Shown: piece by piece, positions 50,098 to 62,532 of the stretch
How the letters are laid out: each line of letters opens with the position of its first letter
How positions within the stretch are numbered: position 1 is the first letter of the stretch
Assembly (NCBI GenBank): GCA_964270895.1
Contig: OZ185435.1
DNA: 64,000 nucleotides
Strand: one strand, 5' to 3'
Source: Podarcis filfolensis
Taxonomy: Eukaryota
Notes under the pieces: model-generated
What the model was told of the DNA's origin: nothing
The model's input: the letters and a program-made list of their open reading frames with translations, nothing else
Database searches by the model: none
Made by a program: the position numbers and the translations under genes

Positions 50098-50185
50098 AAG
50101 GAAATTCAGGGCAGACAAAAGGAAGTAGTTCTTCACACAGCACATATTTTTTTCTTTGTGGAATCTGCTGCCACACGATGTGGGG
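50098..50185 (+). mobile_element. Old CR1-clade ORF2 fragment
   Basis: Translates KFRADKRK*FFTQHI...LWNLLPHDV, similar to the CR1 C-terminal motif FRTDKRKYFFTQR..LWNSLPQDV. Confidence 0.6.
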
Positions 50186-50299
50186 AAAGTCAGAGGCAAA
50201 CTGAGGCATTTGTCTCAGGTGAGGGAGGCCATGGGAGTGCATTAACCTGCCTTGCTGCCAATCACTGCTGCTCACCCACCTAGTGAGGCTTTTACACCT

Positions 50300-52330
50300 G
50301 CACGGGGCTGTCCAAATTACCTGCCCCATTCCTATGCCTTGCTCTGAGAAAGGGGGTCCTTCCTCAGAGGGGGGCGTTCTGCTGACGTAGCGCAGAAGAA
50401 TGTCTGCACCACTGCTGCTTTGCCATGGTGGATAGAAATTATTATTTTTTTAAACCACGCACACAGTTAAACATATTCAGTTGGCACACTCATCATTTTA
50501 CTGTAAGCAGCAGTACAGCCTGAGCTTTTATTAGTAATTAATGTATAGATTTTATTTATGCTACTGCTCAATGTACTTATTATTTACTGTGCACGATGCA
50601 TTTATTGCTGTCATTCAGGTGGTTGGTTACTCACAGCTGTTTTTAAGTTGTATTTGTTAAATTGGAAAAAGCAGGTTATAAATTTTTAAAATAAATGCTT
50701 TTCATGGGAATAAAAACAACCTCTCTCAAATGTTGATATCTGACAGCAGGCACATAAGCCCCCCTGTTTCCTGCCTGTTGAAACCCTACATCATTTTTGT
50801 CATTCTGACTACAATGCCAGAGATTCCTTAACAGAAAACAACCACAACCACAACCACAAGCCCTATTAGTTTCTAGAGCAAGCTGCATGGAATTCCTTCT
50901 GAAAGCAGCACCTTTTAATTGGGAGGCCCGAGGATTTGAAACTGAGTCAAGCTGAAATTTGGAGATCTTCAGAGCAATGGCTACTGGAGCACTCTTTGTC
51001 CAAACACATACAGCTGAATCACTCAGCTTATCTATCATGTCCAAACAATACAGAGCAGCCATCAGGTTTAGGAGGAAGGGAAATCATTTTCAGGTAGGTC
51101 CCACACTGTGTGGTTCCAGCCTCCCCAATTGATTTTGTACGCAAAGCCTGCATTGTGCAGCTGCCAGTGGCTGTCACTCAATAGCCCATTCAGGGAGAAA
51201 GAGACCCAAATCAGAAATGAATACAGAAAGCAAGGACACTTTATAAATAGCAAAGGACAGGTATTAGAGCCGCCTTCTCTCTGGAGTTTGTCAACAGGAT
51301 TTGAACAGTTTCTCAGAAAGTACCAGGAGATGAAACCCCGCTTTCCACTTAACAACAAAATTACTTTCAGTGCCAGGTTCCGCAAGCATTTCTGCGTTGT
51401 GTGTGTGTCTTTTTGTTTACTTAGGAATACTTGGCAACCATGTAGACGCTTAAATGAGACTTTTCAAAAGTGAGTTCCATGTCCAACTACATGTGACTGC
51501 TGAATAGATTGAGCTCCATTCCCCCCCCCCCCCCAATAATGAGATTTGTGTTGTTTGCTTGCCACGGGAAGCATCGCGGAGGAAGAGAAACTTCAGGGAG
51601 ACAGGAGGCAAAAGATAAAACAGCTTCGCAAATGAGATGCTGAGAGCCTCGCCAGCACACTGACCAGAGCTGTGTGATGTTTTACTCTGGGACCCCTCTT
51701 CATGGGATTCTGATGTCTCACAATATGACATCTTGGTAATACACTGAATATACATTATTAAAGGGCCTGTGCAATCTCTGATATGCCTTCGCTCACATGG
51801 AGCTCGGCAGGCTTCCACCAAAGCTTTACAAAGCTCAAGGCTTGCAGCTTGCATTGCGAGTTCAAATCTCCTTAAAGAATAAAGTCGTAGCGTAGCAACT
51901 CCAGAGTTGTTTGGCATCAAACAAGGCGAGAAAACTTTAAATCTACTTTGAGCGACTTCTTGCTTGGAAGTACATTAAAGGGCAGTCAGTCTCCACAGTT
52001 CTCAACAACTTGGCATGCCAGCAAGTAGTTCAATCAATACCGCTGTTATTGAGTAATTATAGGACTTGCCCAGAAAGATGGACACTGTGATATATAGACA
52101 AGAGCTGATGAGTGATAATGATGCTCGACAAAAAAGAGGATAATCGAAAAACAAAACAATCTTAATGTGGTTGACTGGCAACAAAATTACTGTGTGGTCC
52201 TGAAATCAAAACCCATTCTAATCAGAAACAATTATCAAAATAGTTCCTTAAAAATGGAAACTAACAGCAAGACACTGAAGAATAATATTCCATTTGTGAG
52301 TCTTTTCTAGCCTCACACTACAACAGCCAA
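50300..52330 (+). promoter_or_regulatory. CpG-enriched, transposon-free block: candidate internal/alternative promoter region
   Basis: About 20 CpG counted by eye in 51100-52150 versus about 5 per kb in 14-17 kb; GC box and CRE half-site near 50370-50390; MEF2/TATA-like site near 51240; donors at 51094, 51470 and 52296. Confidence 0.35.
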
Positions 52331-53231
52331 TAAAGGCCATTTATATGCTAATCCCCATGAAGACACATTTTCTCACTCAAAGTCTTAATGTCTGTTTAGT
52401 GATAAGTAATAGAAGGCATAATCTACATTTTCTGATGAAACTAGAAAAGTTAAAACTTTTGTAATGTGCACATTGCTCAATAGGGCTATTATGCAGCAGG
52501 TGCCAGTATAACAGACGCCACTTATGCGTGAAGTGCTGGGCACCCTGCACACAAAAGAGATTCTTCCTTGCATCTGCAATATAAAATTGCTAAAGATTCT
52601 CCAGTAAGCACCCCCACCTGGAAGATAAAACCTCCCATTAATATGGTCACGTTAGATCAGGGAAATGTTTACAGCCGCCTTCCCCAACCTTGGCGCCCTC
52701 CAGATGTTTTGGATTATCATTCCCACCAGCCCCAGCAAGCACTGGGTCTAAAACCTCTGTGGGGACACGTGGTTGGGAAAGAATGGCTTATAGTGTCAGA
52801 CAATCCAGTGACCTAGATGGCTGCTTTAGTGCTGGAGTTTATACCTTTGGTAATTAGCTGAAATCCTTTACTCTCCTGGCAACAATATCAAAAACAAATG
52901 AATGGCATGAGAAAAGAGAAACAGTGGGTAACCTATGGTCTCTATAACTCGAACCCCACCTACCAATTATGCAGTTGCTCCTTACGTTACTCCATGTTTA
53001 CTATGACTCGGTCAACATGTGATAGCAGGAACACTGCAATACCATCCTTTAGCCCCCTCTATACCCTATCACTCATACAAGGCACAAGCAGGCTACTAGG
53101 AAGAGCCAAAACACCACCTTCAGCAATGGTTACAGAAAAGATTAGTGCCTGAGGTTATCTGTAACCTGCCAGGCTAAGTTTAAGGTGATGTTCTGGTGTA
53201 TGAAGCCCTATACTGCTTGTGACCAGGATAC

Positions 53232-53619
53232 CATACCCTCCTACATTTATCCTATGAAAATAGGGACATTCTATTCAACAACAACAACAACAGTTTTTTA
53301 CTATTTATATCGCACCCATCTGACTGGGTTGCTCCAGCCACTCTGGGCGACTTCCAACATACAAAAAAATAATAAAACATTAATTATTTTTTTAAAAAAC
53401 TTTCCTATACAGGGCTGCTTTCAGATGTCTTCTAAATGTTGCATAGTTACTTATCTCCCTGGCTTGAGAGTCACATAACTCCATGCCCTCCAACATTTCT
53501 CCAATGAAAATAGGGACATTCTAAGGAAAAGGGGGACATTCCTGGATCAAATCAGAAACTGTGGCAGCTTCTGTAAATCTGGGACTGTTCCTGGAAAATA
53601 GGGACACTTGGAGGGTCTG
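53232..53619. mobile_element. Composite non-autonomous TIR element containing an inverted L2 3' tail
   Basis: Termini cataccctcc / ggagggtctg; flanking GGATAC duplicated; repeated GGGAC(A) subterminal motifs; L2 tail at about 53275-53455 between 43-bp direct repeats. Confidence 0.7.
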
Positions 53620-53639
53620 GGATACCTGAAATAACATCT

Positions 53640-53730
53640 CACCCCTTGTATTGATCACTCTGTTCCGCAAGTGAGGGCCACCTGCAGATCCCATCTTCTC
53701 AGGAAGTCCACTCTGCACAGCATAGGACTG
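53640..53730 (+). mobile_element. L2 ORF2 fragment
   Basis: gagggccacctgcagatcccatcttctcaggaagtccactctgcacagcatagga resembles the squamate L2 segment upstream of the APxLWNxLP motif. Confidence 0.4.
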
Positions 53731-54120
53731 CTGAGTAAACTTAGCAGTCATGGGATACTCTGGTGGCTCAGAAAAGGTTAAGAAACAGGAAGTAAAGAGG
53801 AGGAACAAATGGACAGTTCTCCCAATGGAGGGATTTAGAAAGGGGAACCTGGTAAGGAGCCACTGTGAAGGTCCTATCTTGAATTCTAATCAAATGTGCT
53901 TCATATGTTGGCAGCCAGGACAAACAGAACGACCTCTCCCAAGGATCTTAAAACCCAAGCAATTCTTTCCCTTGTGTTCCAATGTAACACAAGGTAAATA
54001 ATTCAGGGACTCCTCTCATCTGGTATTTCTGGGCCAGAGACCATGCTGAGTGCCAATATAGTAGGTCTGCATGAGATGTATTGCTGTCACCCTACATTTC
54101 AGTCTTTTAGCAGTCTTTAA

Positions 54121-54308
54121 ACCTTCTCAGTAGTGGCGCCCGCCCTGTGGAATGCCCTCCCACCAGATGTCAAGGAAATAAACAACTATCTGACTTTTAG
54201 AAGACATTTGAAGACAGCCCTGTTTATGGAAGTTTTTAAATGTTTGATGTTTTATTGTATTTTTAATATTCTGTTGGGAGCCTCCCAGTGTGGCTGGGGA
54301 GGCCCAGC
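54121..54308 (+). mobile_element. L2 LINE 3' end, cut by the assembly gap
   Basis: Translates FSVVAPALWNALPPDVKEINNYLTFRRHLKTALF (L2 ORF2 C-terminus), followed by the 3' UTR. Confidence 0.88.
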
Positions 54309-54516
54309 NNNNNNNNNNNNNNNNNNNNNNNNNNNNNNNNNNNNNNNNNNNNNNNNNNNNNNNNNNNNNNNNNNNNNNNNNNNNNNNNNNNNNNNNNNNN
54401 NNNNNNNNNNNNNNNNNNNNNNNNNNNNNNNNNNNNNNNNNNNNNNNNNNNNNNNNNNNNNNNNNNNNNNNNNNNNNNNNNNNNNNNNNNNNNNNNNNNN
54501 NNNNNNNNNNNNNNNN
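54309..54516. other. Assembly gap (208 N)
   Basis: Run of N. Confidence 1.
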
Positions 54517-55721
54517 ATGCAACCAGAATGAAGATCTTCTTTAAAAATCTGCAGTTATAACTAGGTAAAGTATTTTTTAGAATGTCCAGAACCATAAGGG
54601 GTGGGGAGGAATGAACACATGATACAAAGTCTAGCAAGTGGTTTGTTTTAAATATATATATCTGAATCATCATTGCTAACTGTGATAGAGTAAGAGGGCT
54701 TTCTGTGCAAACCCTGCTTTCTAATAAGCTGCCAAAATATAAATCTATATATGAATCTAAACAATAATCAAGTCATTTGGAAACAGCAGCAGTCCAGGAT
54801 ACAGTGCAATCGCAACTGTGCTAAATTATCCAGAAATTCCATTTCTAAGCCGTATTCTTAGGGGTCACATTTTTTCTGCCAGGTAATTTTCTAATTACCT
54901 GGCTTTATCAGGAATCACAATGACCTTTGCAAATAAATAAATGCTGGTGTGATGCATAGGAATTTCACCATATGGTTGCTCTTCCTTGCCATTCAAGCAG
55001 GAGAGATAACATTTATGCATTTCCCACACAAATTTCATACACCTGCTCTCCCAAGCAGTACCTGCCCCATAAAGTGCATGTTCTGCCAAATTTGATTTCC
55101 TGATGAAAGGTCACCATTCATTGAAAACAAATGTCCAATACTAGTTATACAGATTAAATGTTTTATTTTGGCAATCCTTCATGCATGATAATGAAAAGAG
55201 AAAAAAGAAGAAGACTTTGTCCTCTAATCCCAACAAAGTTACTTCAATTATATGGATATTAATGGAAATTTAGTTATCATTAATGTGTCTCACATTATTA
55301 CAATTGGGCTAAATAATGGTTAACTTTCTTGATTGGGGCCTTTGTCTAAAGGCAGGCTGTTGAAAATCCAGCAATAAACTCTTTAGTGCTGTAAAATTGT
55401 GTTAGCCATTTATCAGGGGGTAAAGTGGAAGAATGTCCTACAATGTGCTAAGCAGTGGTTATTCTTAACAATAGCATACTTGAAGCAAGCCAACTTTAAA
55501 CTGTGATTTATTAAGCTGGCTTGTTTTTATCACTGCCACCACCACCACCATCTTCTTCATTATATTCTTATGAGGTTTTGTTTGGGGTTTTTTGGTGTGT
55601 GGCAGGGGGTGGGGTGGTATAGGCTGTGATAGCTCAAGAGAAGTGTCAGCCTTACAGAGAAACTCAATCAGAGCCAAATGGTTAGGAGCTGAGGGAACTG
55701 GCCTTTCTATATGCAGCAATA

Positions 55722-55835
55722 CAAGGGTAGTCAATGTGGTGCCCTTCAGATGTCACTGGACTACAACTCCCAGCACCCGTGACCCCTGGCTATGTTTACT
55801 GGGGCTGATGGTAGTTCAGTGTCAGAAGAACATCA
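55722..55835. mobile_element. hAT-like palindromic MITE, partial
   Basis: gggtagtcaatgtggtgcccttcagatgtcactggactacaactcccagcacc...ggggctgatggtagtt. Confidence 0.6.
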
Positions 55836-55928
55836 TGTTGGCTAAGCTTGCAATAAGAGAGTGCCAAGAAAAAGGAAATGGCATTTGGAGAGGGAAAGCC
55901 CAAACAATACCATGATCTCTGTGTCTTG

Positions 55929-56158
55929 TACAGTGGTACCTCAGGTTACATACGCTTCAGGTTACAGACTCTGCTAATCCAGAAATATTACCTCGGGTTA
56001 AGTACTTTGCTTCAAGATGAGAACAGAAATCGTGCTCCGGCGGTGCGGCAGCAGCAGGAAGCCCCATTAGCTACAGTGGTGCTTCAGGTTAAGAACAGTT
56101 TCAGGTTAAGTACGGACCTCCGGAACGAATTAAGTACTTAACCTGAGGTACCACTGTA
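55929..56158. mobile_element. Tc1/mariner (pogo/Tigger-like) MITE with TA TSD
   Basis: TA|CAGTGGTACCTCAGGTTA ... TAACCTGAGGTACCACTG|TA; perfect 18-bp TIR; colinear with 18671-18916. Confidence 0.93.
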
Positions 56159-58480
56159 GTTGTGTTTCCAGTCTGATCCTTATGTACCAGAGAGCTATTT
56201 TTCTTACATAATCATCATGGTTTGGAGATATGTGGTTATGACATATATATGGACTCTCACACATGGACTCCACTCACCAAAATTTATTAACTTAGCATGC
56301 AGTCAACAATGCAGAGTTGCTTGATTTACCTACTTTGGTTTGATTCAGATTCTAATATCAAAATGACATTTTTTTGTGGCTTTTTCTTCTGAATGTATAT
56401 TGCTTTAAAAAAAGAAAAGCATGGATCGATCCTGTTTTGACCAGAGAACAACATTGCTTTATAACAGGATAGATTTCTTTTTCTTTTAAAACTCCCCTGT
56501 ATAGTTGATAAAAGATGAGTCGAACTGGGGAGGATTGATGTTATTGCTGAAGGCAGCATTAGAGATTAGGTACTCATTGGGCTTTTCAGAAGGCCTAGTG
56601 ACTCATCCCACATAAATGAAGTTTGTGATATGTAATGAAAAGCTTTCTATCCTCACTGCAAGCAAATTAGCAGGTACTTTGAGGGAGGAATGCTAATGTT
56701 ACCTCACATTTGTTTCAGAGCAGTGACACTTTAGCAGAGAAGGCTTTCACTCCTATTATGTCAGGTGCTGAAGATATTAGACCAAGGTCACCTCCGGAAA
56801 ATAATGAGTGAGAAGTAGGTTATAAACATGCAGGGCCGAAAATATATATTCAGTCTGCTCCACTGGCTAAAAGTAATAGAGCATTCTCGCCAAATAGCTA
56901 ATTCTCTTTTGCTGAGAATAATGTTCATCTGCAGTGTTTTAAATAATAGAATAAAATGCTTGTGGGGAGGTGTGATGGGGGAGAGGAAGGTTAAGAAAAG
57001 TAATCTTCTTCCATTAAGGCAGAAAAATCAGTCTGCCTTAGAGCTTTTACCATTTAAGGCTGCAATAGCATGAGGGGTGTTATGTAGATAAATCGGCTCA
57101 TGGTTATGAGAGTTTACGTGGAAAGACAGACTGCATCTAAATTCGAAAGGGTTGTTATGTGCCCCCTCAGAAGAGGGCATGCATTTGTAAGAGGTCCAGA
57201 TGGATTACAGAGCAGACTGGCCTCCGGACTTTCCCAAGCCAGCATGAAAGGCAAGAGCTTTTCTTTTTCATCTCAGAATCCATCAACATACACAGACACA
57301 CACCCTTCCCATTGCTCCCATATTTAACACAAAGCGTCTGGTCAGAATTTGCCCCTGAGGTTACTTTCATGTTAGGCATCCAAAGGGAACAGGATCCCTT
57401 TGCTGTTGGGGTGGATGGGAAGGAGCAGGAAGGAGAGGCTGGCATGAGAAGAGAAAACAGCAAAACAGTTGATATCTACTGCTGGCATCTTTGGGAGAAG
57501 ATAGGAGCCAGATGACACCTGACACTCCTTCTTGCCTGATGCCCCATCCCCAAAACACCATGTCTTCACTAAATAGCTGTTGCATAGAGGCTGTATTGCA
57601 GTTACTAATATTGTGCTTTTGGAAGCAATAGCATGAAAAAAACAGACTTTTCTTCAAATAAAAATTGTCCCGTCCAAAACTATGGTCCAAAAGCTTTACT
57701 AACATAACTTGTTCCAAAACAGACACTCAAAACAATAATGTTACATCCAAATAGCTGCATATCATGTGCTTGTCCAACCACAGGTACAGCATTTTAGAAA
57801 TAGGAAATTACTTCATCCAAAACAAAACAAAGCACACACTCTCTCTCTACCTACACACAACCTGCATTCCAGCCTGAGCCTGTGTTCTCCTAGAGAGGAT
57901 CATTAGCAGCATCCTTTCATCTTCAGCTGCTTTCAAAGAGAGAACAAACGCCAGCTCACACAAAATGGAGATTTGCAACCAAATACCTTTCTCGTGTGAT
58001 CTAAGTTAAACATCATATGAGAACTGGCAGAGATACAGTCTAGGTTGATAACTGCTAGGCACTCTCCTGCTCTTCCTTAGCTTTCAATGTTACACCTCTA
58101 GCAATAAACATACAGACGTATTTTCCATTTCAATGTACAATTAAACAATTATACTTATCACACTGATCCTGTGGGGTGCATGGTGCTCGTTTGCAAGCTG
58201 CTTCCCTTCAAAGAAGGAGTTTGGGAAGAAGAACCGCCCAGAATTGACCCCACTGCACTTGATTGGCGGAGCTGGTGGAGTCTAAAATTCTCATTTTTCC
58301 TGCATCTTTTCCTCATTTTTCCTCCATCCTGCCCATGTTTAATAACAACAACAACAACAATAAGGAATTAAATCTTAGTCTGTCTCCCAAACGAATTGGG
58401 GGCAGGGTGGGTTGTCCACAGGTTGGCCCAGTATGGGTCAGCCTGATTCGGAGACCCCAGATTGGTGGGGCAGATATGGG

Positions 58481-58512
58481 GTGTGTGTGGGTGTGTGTGT
58501 GTGTGTGTGTGT
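58481..58512 (+). repeat. (GT)n microsatellite
   Basis: Interrupted GT run with (GT)11 at 58491-58512. Confidence 0.95.
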
Positions 58513-59917
58513 ACAGCCCTAGCATTTGTTTGGTTATCTTCTGCTGTACATAGACCAGGGCTTCTTTGGATAGAGTTAATTCATAAATAAAGATTGAAGG
58601 GTCTGTATTTTTCTGTCCTTGTCACTTTTTGTGCATGCGTTCATTTATAAAGTTGTTCTGTCCCTTTCTTCATTATATTTTTTACAAAATTGATCGGTTC
58701 AAAAGTTCAACATTCAAATACATAGTTTTCGGAACTATTTTTGCTTAAAATGTGCATTTCCTAATGTGTCAATGCACACATTTGTAATTGTGTTTTATCT
58801 CAGAATACCTTTTAAAATTCCTTTTGACTTATTTTACTTTTGAGCCATAAAGAACATCACAACATTCAGGGAAATGCAAAACTTCCCTACTGTGTGCCTG
58901 CTTGTTTTCTTAATGGTAGGATTTTCTCCTCATGCAGAAAAAGTTTTGTGCTTCAAAATAAAGACCTTATTAGGTCTGCATAGAAAAATATAAAAGATTA
59001 ATGGAAAGTCGAATGAGTTCTGTGCAGGGGGGTGGGGTATTTTTAATGGAGCTGTGTTAATTTTTTTGATGAGCTGTAAAAATTACCACACTCTGAGGCA
59101 TTACAATTACACTATTAAATTGCTCTATAATTGAACATCCTTTCTTTCAATAAACAAGGTTTAATAACGTCCATGGGTTCTGAATCTTCTTAGTGCTGTG
59201 CACTTTTGAAATGGGGCTGAGCACCACTGATTTCCATTGAACTTTCAGCTATCGAGCCCCAAAGAGTCAACCCTCAAAGCTGTGTGGGAGATTTCATTTA
59301 ATAGCCATTCTGTTTGTCTTCACTCTTTCTGCATTAGCGGGATCTAACTAATCCTTTTATAATGTACTCGGGGATAATTTGGGTGTAAGAGGTGTTATAT
59401 AAAAGTAAATTATATTCATTTCTAACCTAGTGTGGAATACTTCCCAGTGAGAAAGTTTTGTGTTATTTTCATTTGCCAACAATGTAAATGTTTGTTAGCA
59501 ATAAAGGGTCCATGGTTCCAACAGTGAAACTGACTCCTTTGTGGAGATGCCTAGGTTTGTGTTGAAAATGTTTGGGTGGCAGAAATAGCTCAAAATGTCA
59601 TTATTGCGAAAAAGTAAAAGAAAAAACACCCAGCGTAATATAATTGATCTTAACAAGTGTTCTGATGGCAAAATAGATTGTTTTGGAATCTGCGGTAAAT
59701 AGCTGAAATTCCACGCTTCTTGGGAAAGGAAAAACCAGTTGCATTAGAAGCCTGGAGAGGAAGAAGACTGGTAATTTCAATATGAGAAATTTATTAATCC
59801 CTGTCACCTTGATTTCATGGCTCTTGTTGCCCCATTAGGGTTGCTACAGGGGTAGTAGAAGCCACAGCTGTGATAATGTCCTAGTCAAGAATCTCCAGGT
59901 CTAGGACTAGACTAGAT

Positions 59918-60010
59918 CAGGTGTGGGGAACATGTATGTGTTACAGAATTACAACTCCAATAATCCCTAACTAGGGCTGATCAGAATTGAAGTCTAACAA
60001 CATCTATATG
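59918..60010. mobile_element. hAT-like MITE, partial
   Basis: caggtgtggggaac...aattacaactccaataatccc...gggctgatcagaattgaagtctaacaacatct; preceded by gactagat. Confidence 0.5.
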
Positions 60011-60110
60011 CCGTTAATGCTCTGCTGCTGTTTCCCACTTACCCATGTTCCTGCCTTCCCACCTTCTTACTCTCCAACTTCCATTCGTCCTTGTATCAAC
60101 TTCATATCCC

Positions 60111-60154
60111 AGTCAGATGGGCAGGGTATAAGTAATAAAATATTATTATTATTA
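60111..60154 (+). mobile_element. L2 LINE 3' terminal remnant
   Basis: agtcagatgggcagggtataagtaataaaatattattattatt. Confidence 0.6.
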
Positions 60155-61882
60155 TCTTTGTCACAGTCCATAAGCATCGCTGCTTCTTACATCAGCCCTG
60201 TTACACGTGTGCAGATGTAGTGGACATGTGCATGACAGAGGATGGAAATAAACCAAACAGGGAAAGGCCATCACCTTCATGTCTGAAACAGAGACAATGG
60301 CTGGCTGCTGCTGGCAAGAGAATACTGAACTAAATAGATCTTGGTTGGTTAAGGAAGAATATTGTTATGTACTTCAGTGGCTTGCTGAGTGATGCTGGGA
60401 AATGCAATAAAGCAAAGGTGGATCTGTCATTCCTTCTTCTAAGCCAGACCTCAACCTTTTGACAGTGCCATTTTTAAGGCTCAAGGATTTGAGCTACAGA
60501 AGCAATTTTGTGCACAGCTTCATTACCACAATATATAAGTGTTTAAAAATAAATTTCAAAGTCTGAGCTATCCTTTTTTTAAAAAAAAAACAAGTTCAGA
60601 AACTGATGCTTGCAGGAAAGGTGTATCCATTTTCACAAAGTAATACAATGCTGAGCGGCAGAAAATGGCAGCTTTGCACTGGTCTCCAAGCCACAGTTTT
60701 GATGCAAGATCCCTATTCATTTGTTGTTGAAGACTGCAGAAATGCATCCTGAAGATACAACTTCAGTGACTACAAAAGAGGAGTCCTGGTGCTTTTCCTT
60801 TCAAGTTTTACCAAAGCTTAGTCCAGCTAATGGCCTGTTTACCTCTATGATCAGAGAATATTCATTTTGAATGTGTAAGAAGCACACTGGCATCTTCTTG
60901 CTTCACATTACTGCAAACTTCCTTACTTTGCTGAGGCTACCTCTGTCAGGTTTAACTCTGCAGTCATTACTAGGTGAGTGAATGAGCCCTGGAAAAGGGA
61001 AGGGGAGCCAAAAATACTAACTTTCCCCATTAAAATCGACTGGGTTCATTTCAAGCCTAGGCTAGGCCTCTTCAGGTTGGGCCTGGATCAACATGGGTTT
61101 AGCACAGTGTTCCTACAGCTCCCTTACCCTTCCTGCCAGTCCTAAAGGGAGGAGCAACCTTATCTTGGAAGAGGTGGTAGCAGGCCCCTTGAAGCAAGAG
61201 AGATGGGTGTATTGGTAGGAAACAGTAGTGGGAAAATGGTAGTTGTGTTTTTGAGTATTTATCTTGAACACAAGAAAAAAATCCCCCAAGAAGCATTCAG
61301 CCAGAACACTCAGAAAGCTCAATTAATTTTCAGGGCTCAAATGAGGGACTAACACTTCCCTAATCAACAAAACACTGATGATTAGGGATGTAAGAAGGCA
61401 ACATTGTCCATTCTGCCCTGTTGTTGCATGCAGCACTGTTTCCTTTCCTCTACAGTTCGCCTTCTGGCAAAAAAAACCTACTTTATTTCTCTCTCTGTCC
61501 ACTGTGGTGAAATTAGATATATTATGTAATTTACATAATTAATTATGCAAGTTATGTTGTCATTATGTTTTTCCACCCCATTTATTTCAATGCAATTGAG
61601 GGTAGGGGCTGTAATCAGTTATGTATCATTTGCAGACTGAAAGCAACAACAACAGCGGATGCTGGTCATATTTGTTGGAATGATTTTCATTCCAGATGTA
61701 GGAAGCAATAAGTGAACATTGACAATTCCCTCTCCTATTTTTCTTTTCACAGGAATTATCCAGCATGATCCTTATGAGCACTTAGAACAGCATTGCTGAA
61801 TATGTTTCTTTTGATTTCTGAAAACTATGAAAAGGTTGCTTTAACTACAAGACATTTGCATGACCCCCTATTCGTCCGCCAT

Positions 61883-61900
61883 GGTTTCCATATGGAAACC
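61883..61900. promoter_or_regulatory. Perfect 18-bp palindrome, X-box/NFAT-like
   Basis: GGTTTCCATATGGAAACC is its own reverse complement. Confidence 0.4.
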
Positions 61901-62165
61901 AACTGAGGGAACATGCAAGACTAACCACATGGTTATGCTGGAGCATGAGATAATTTTGAAGAGAAGAAAATAGAAGTACTACTGGTTGATTGCAGAACTT
62001 GTTAGCTCTGGTGCCCAAACTCCAAACCTTGTGATGCCCTTCATTTGCCCAACCATACTGGATGTTGATGCTGGCTTTGCCCCCACAAATAGTGGGTGCA
62101 AATATTGGACTGCTTTCCCCTCTTCTGATACACAGAATGGCATTTGCAACTCACTAAAATGCATA

Positions 62166-62532
62166 GGGACATGGGTGGCGTTGTGGTCTAAACCACTGAG
62201 ACTAGGGCTTGCCGATCGGAAGGTTGGCGGTTCAAATCTCCGCGATGGAGTGAGCTCCCATTGCTTGGTCCCAGCTCCTACCAACCTAGCAGTTCGAAAG
62301 CACGTCCAAGTGCAAGTAGATAAATAGGTACCGCTCCGGCGGGAAGGTAAACAGTGTTTCTGGGCACTGCTCTGGTTTCGCCAGAAGCGGCTTAGTCATG
62401 CTGGCCACATGACCTGGAAAAAACTGTCTGCGGACAAATGTCAGCTTCCTTGGCCAGTAAAGCAAGATGAGAGCCGCAACCCCAGAGTCGTTCATGACTG
62501 GACTTAACTGTCAGGGGTCCTTTACCTTTTTT
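62166..62532 (+). mobile_element. Sauria SINE, full length, with TSD
   Basis: gggacatgggtggcgttgtggtctaaaccactgag head, Bov-B-related 3' part and cctttaccttt tail; TSD AAATGCATA at 62157-62165 and 62533-62541. Confidence 0.92.

Noticed and set aside
49646-50329. Longest ORF (227 aa, minus strand) as a gene
   Set aside because: It runs across the LTR tandem repeat, a T-rich tract and an antisense CR1 fragment; no domain is recognisable.
51450-51920. 156-aa minus-strand ORF as an intronless gene
   Set aside because: No family recognised, and it ends through a homopolymer-derived GGGG; kept only as part of the candidate promoter/exon finding.
54127-54673. ORFs of 84-136 aa around the gap
   Set aside because: Inflated by N runs; the real part is L2 ORF2 C-terminus.
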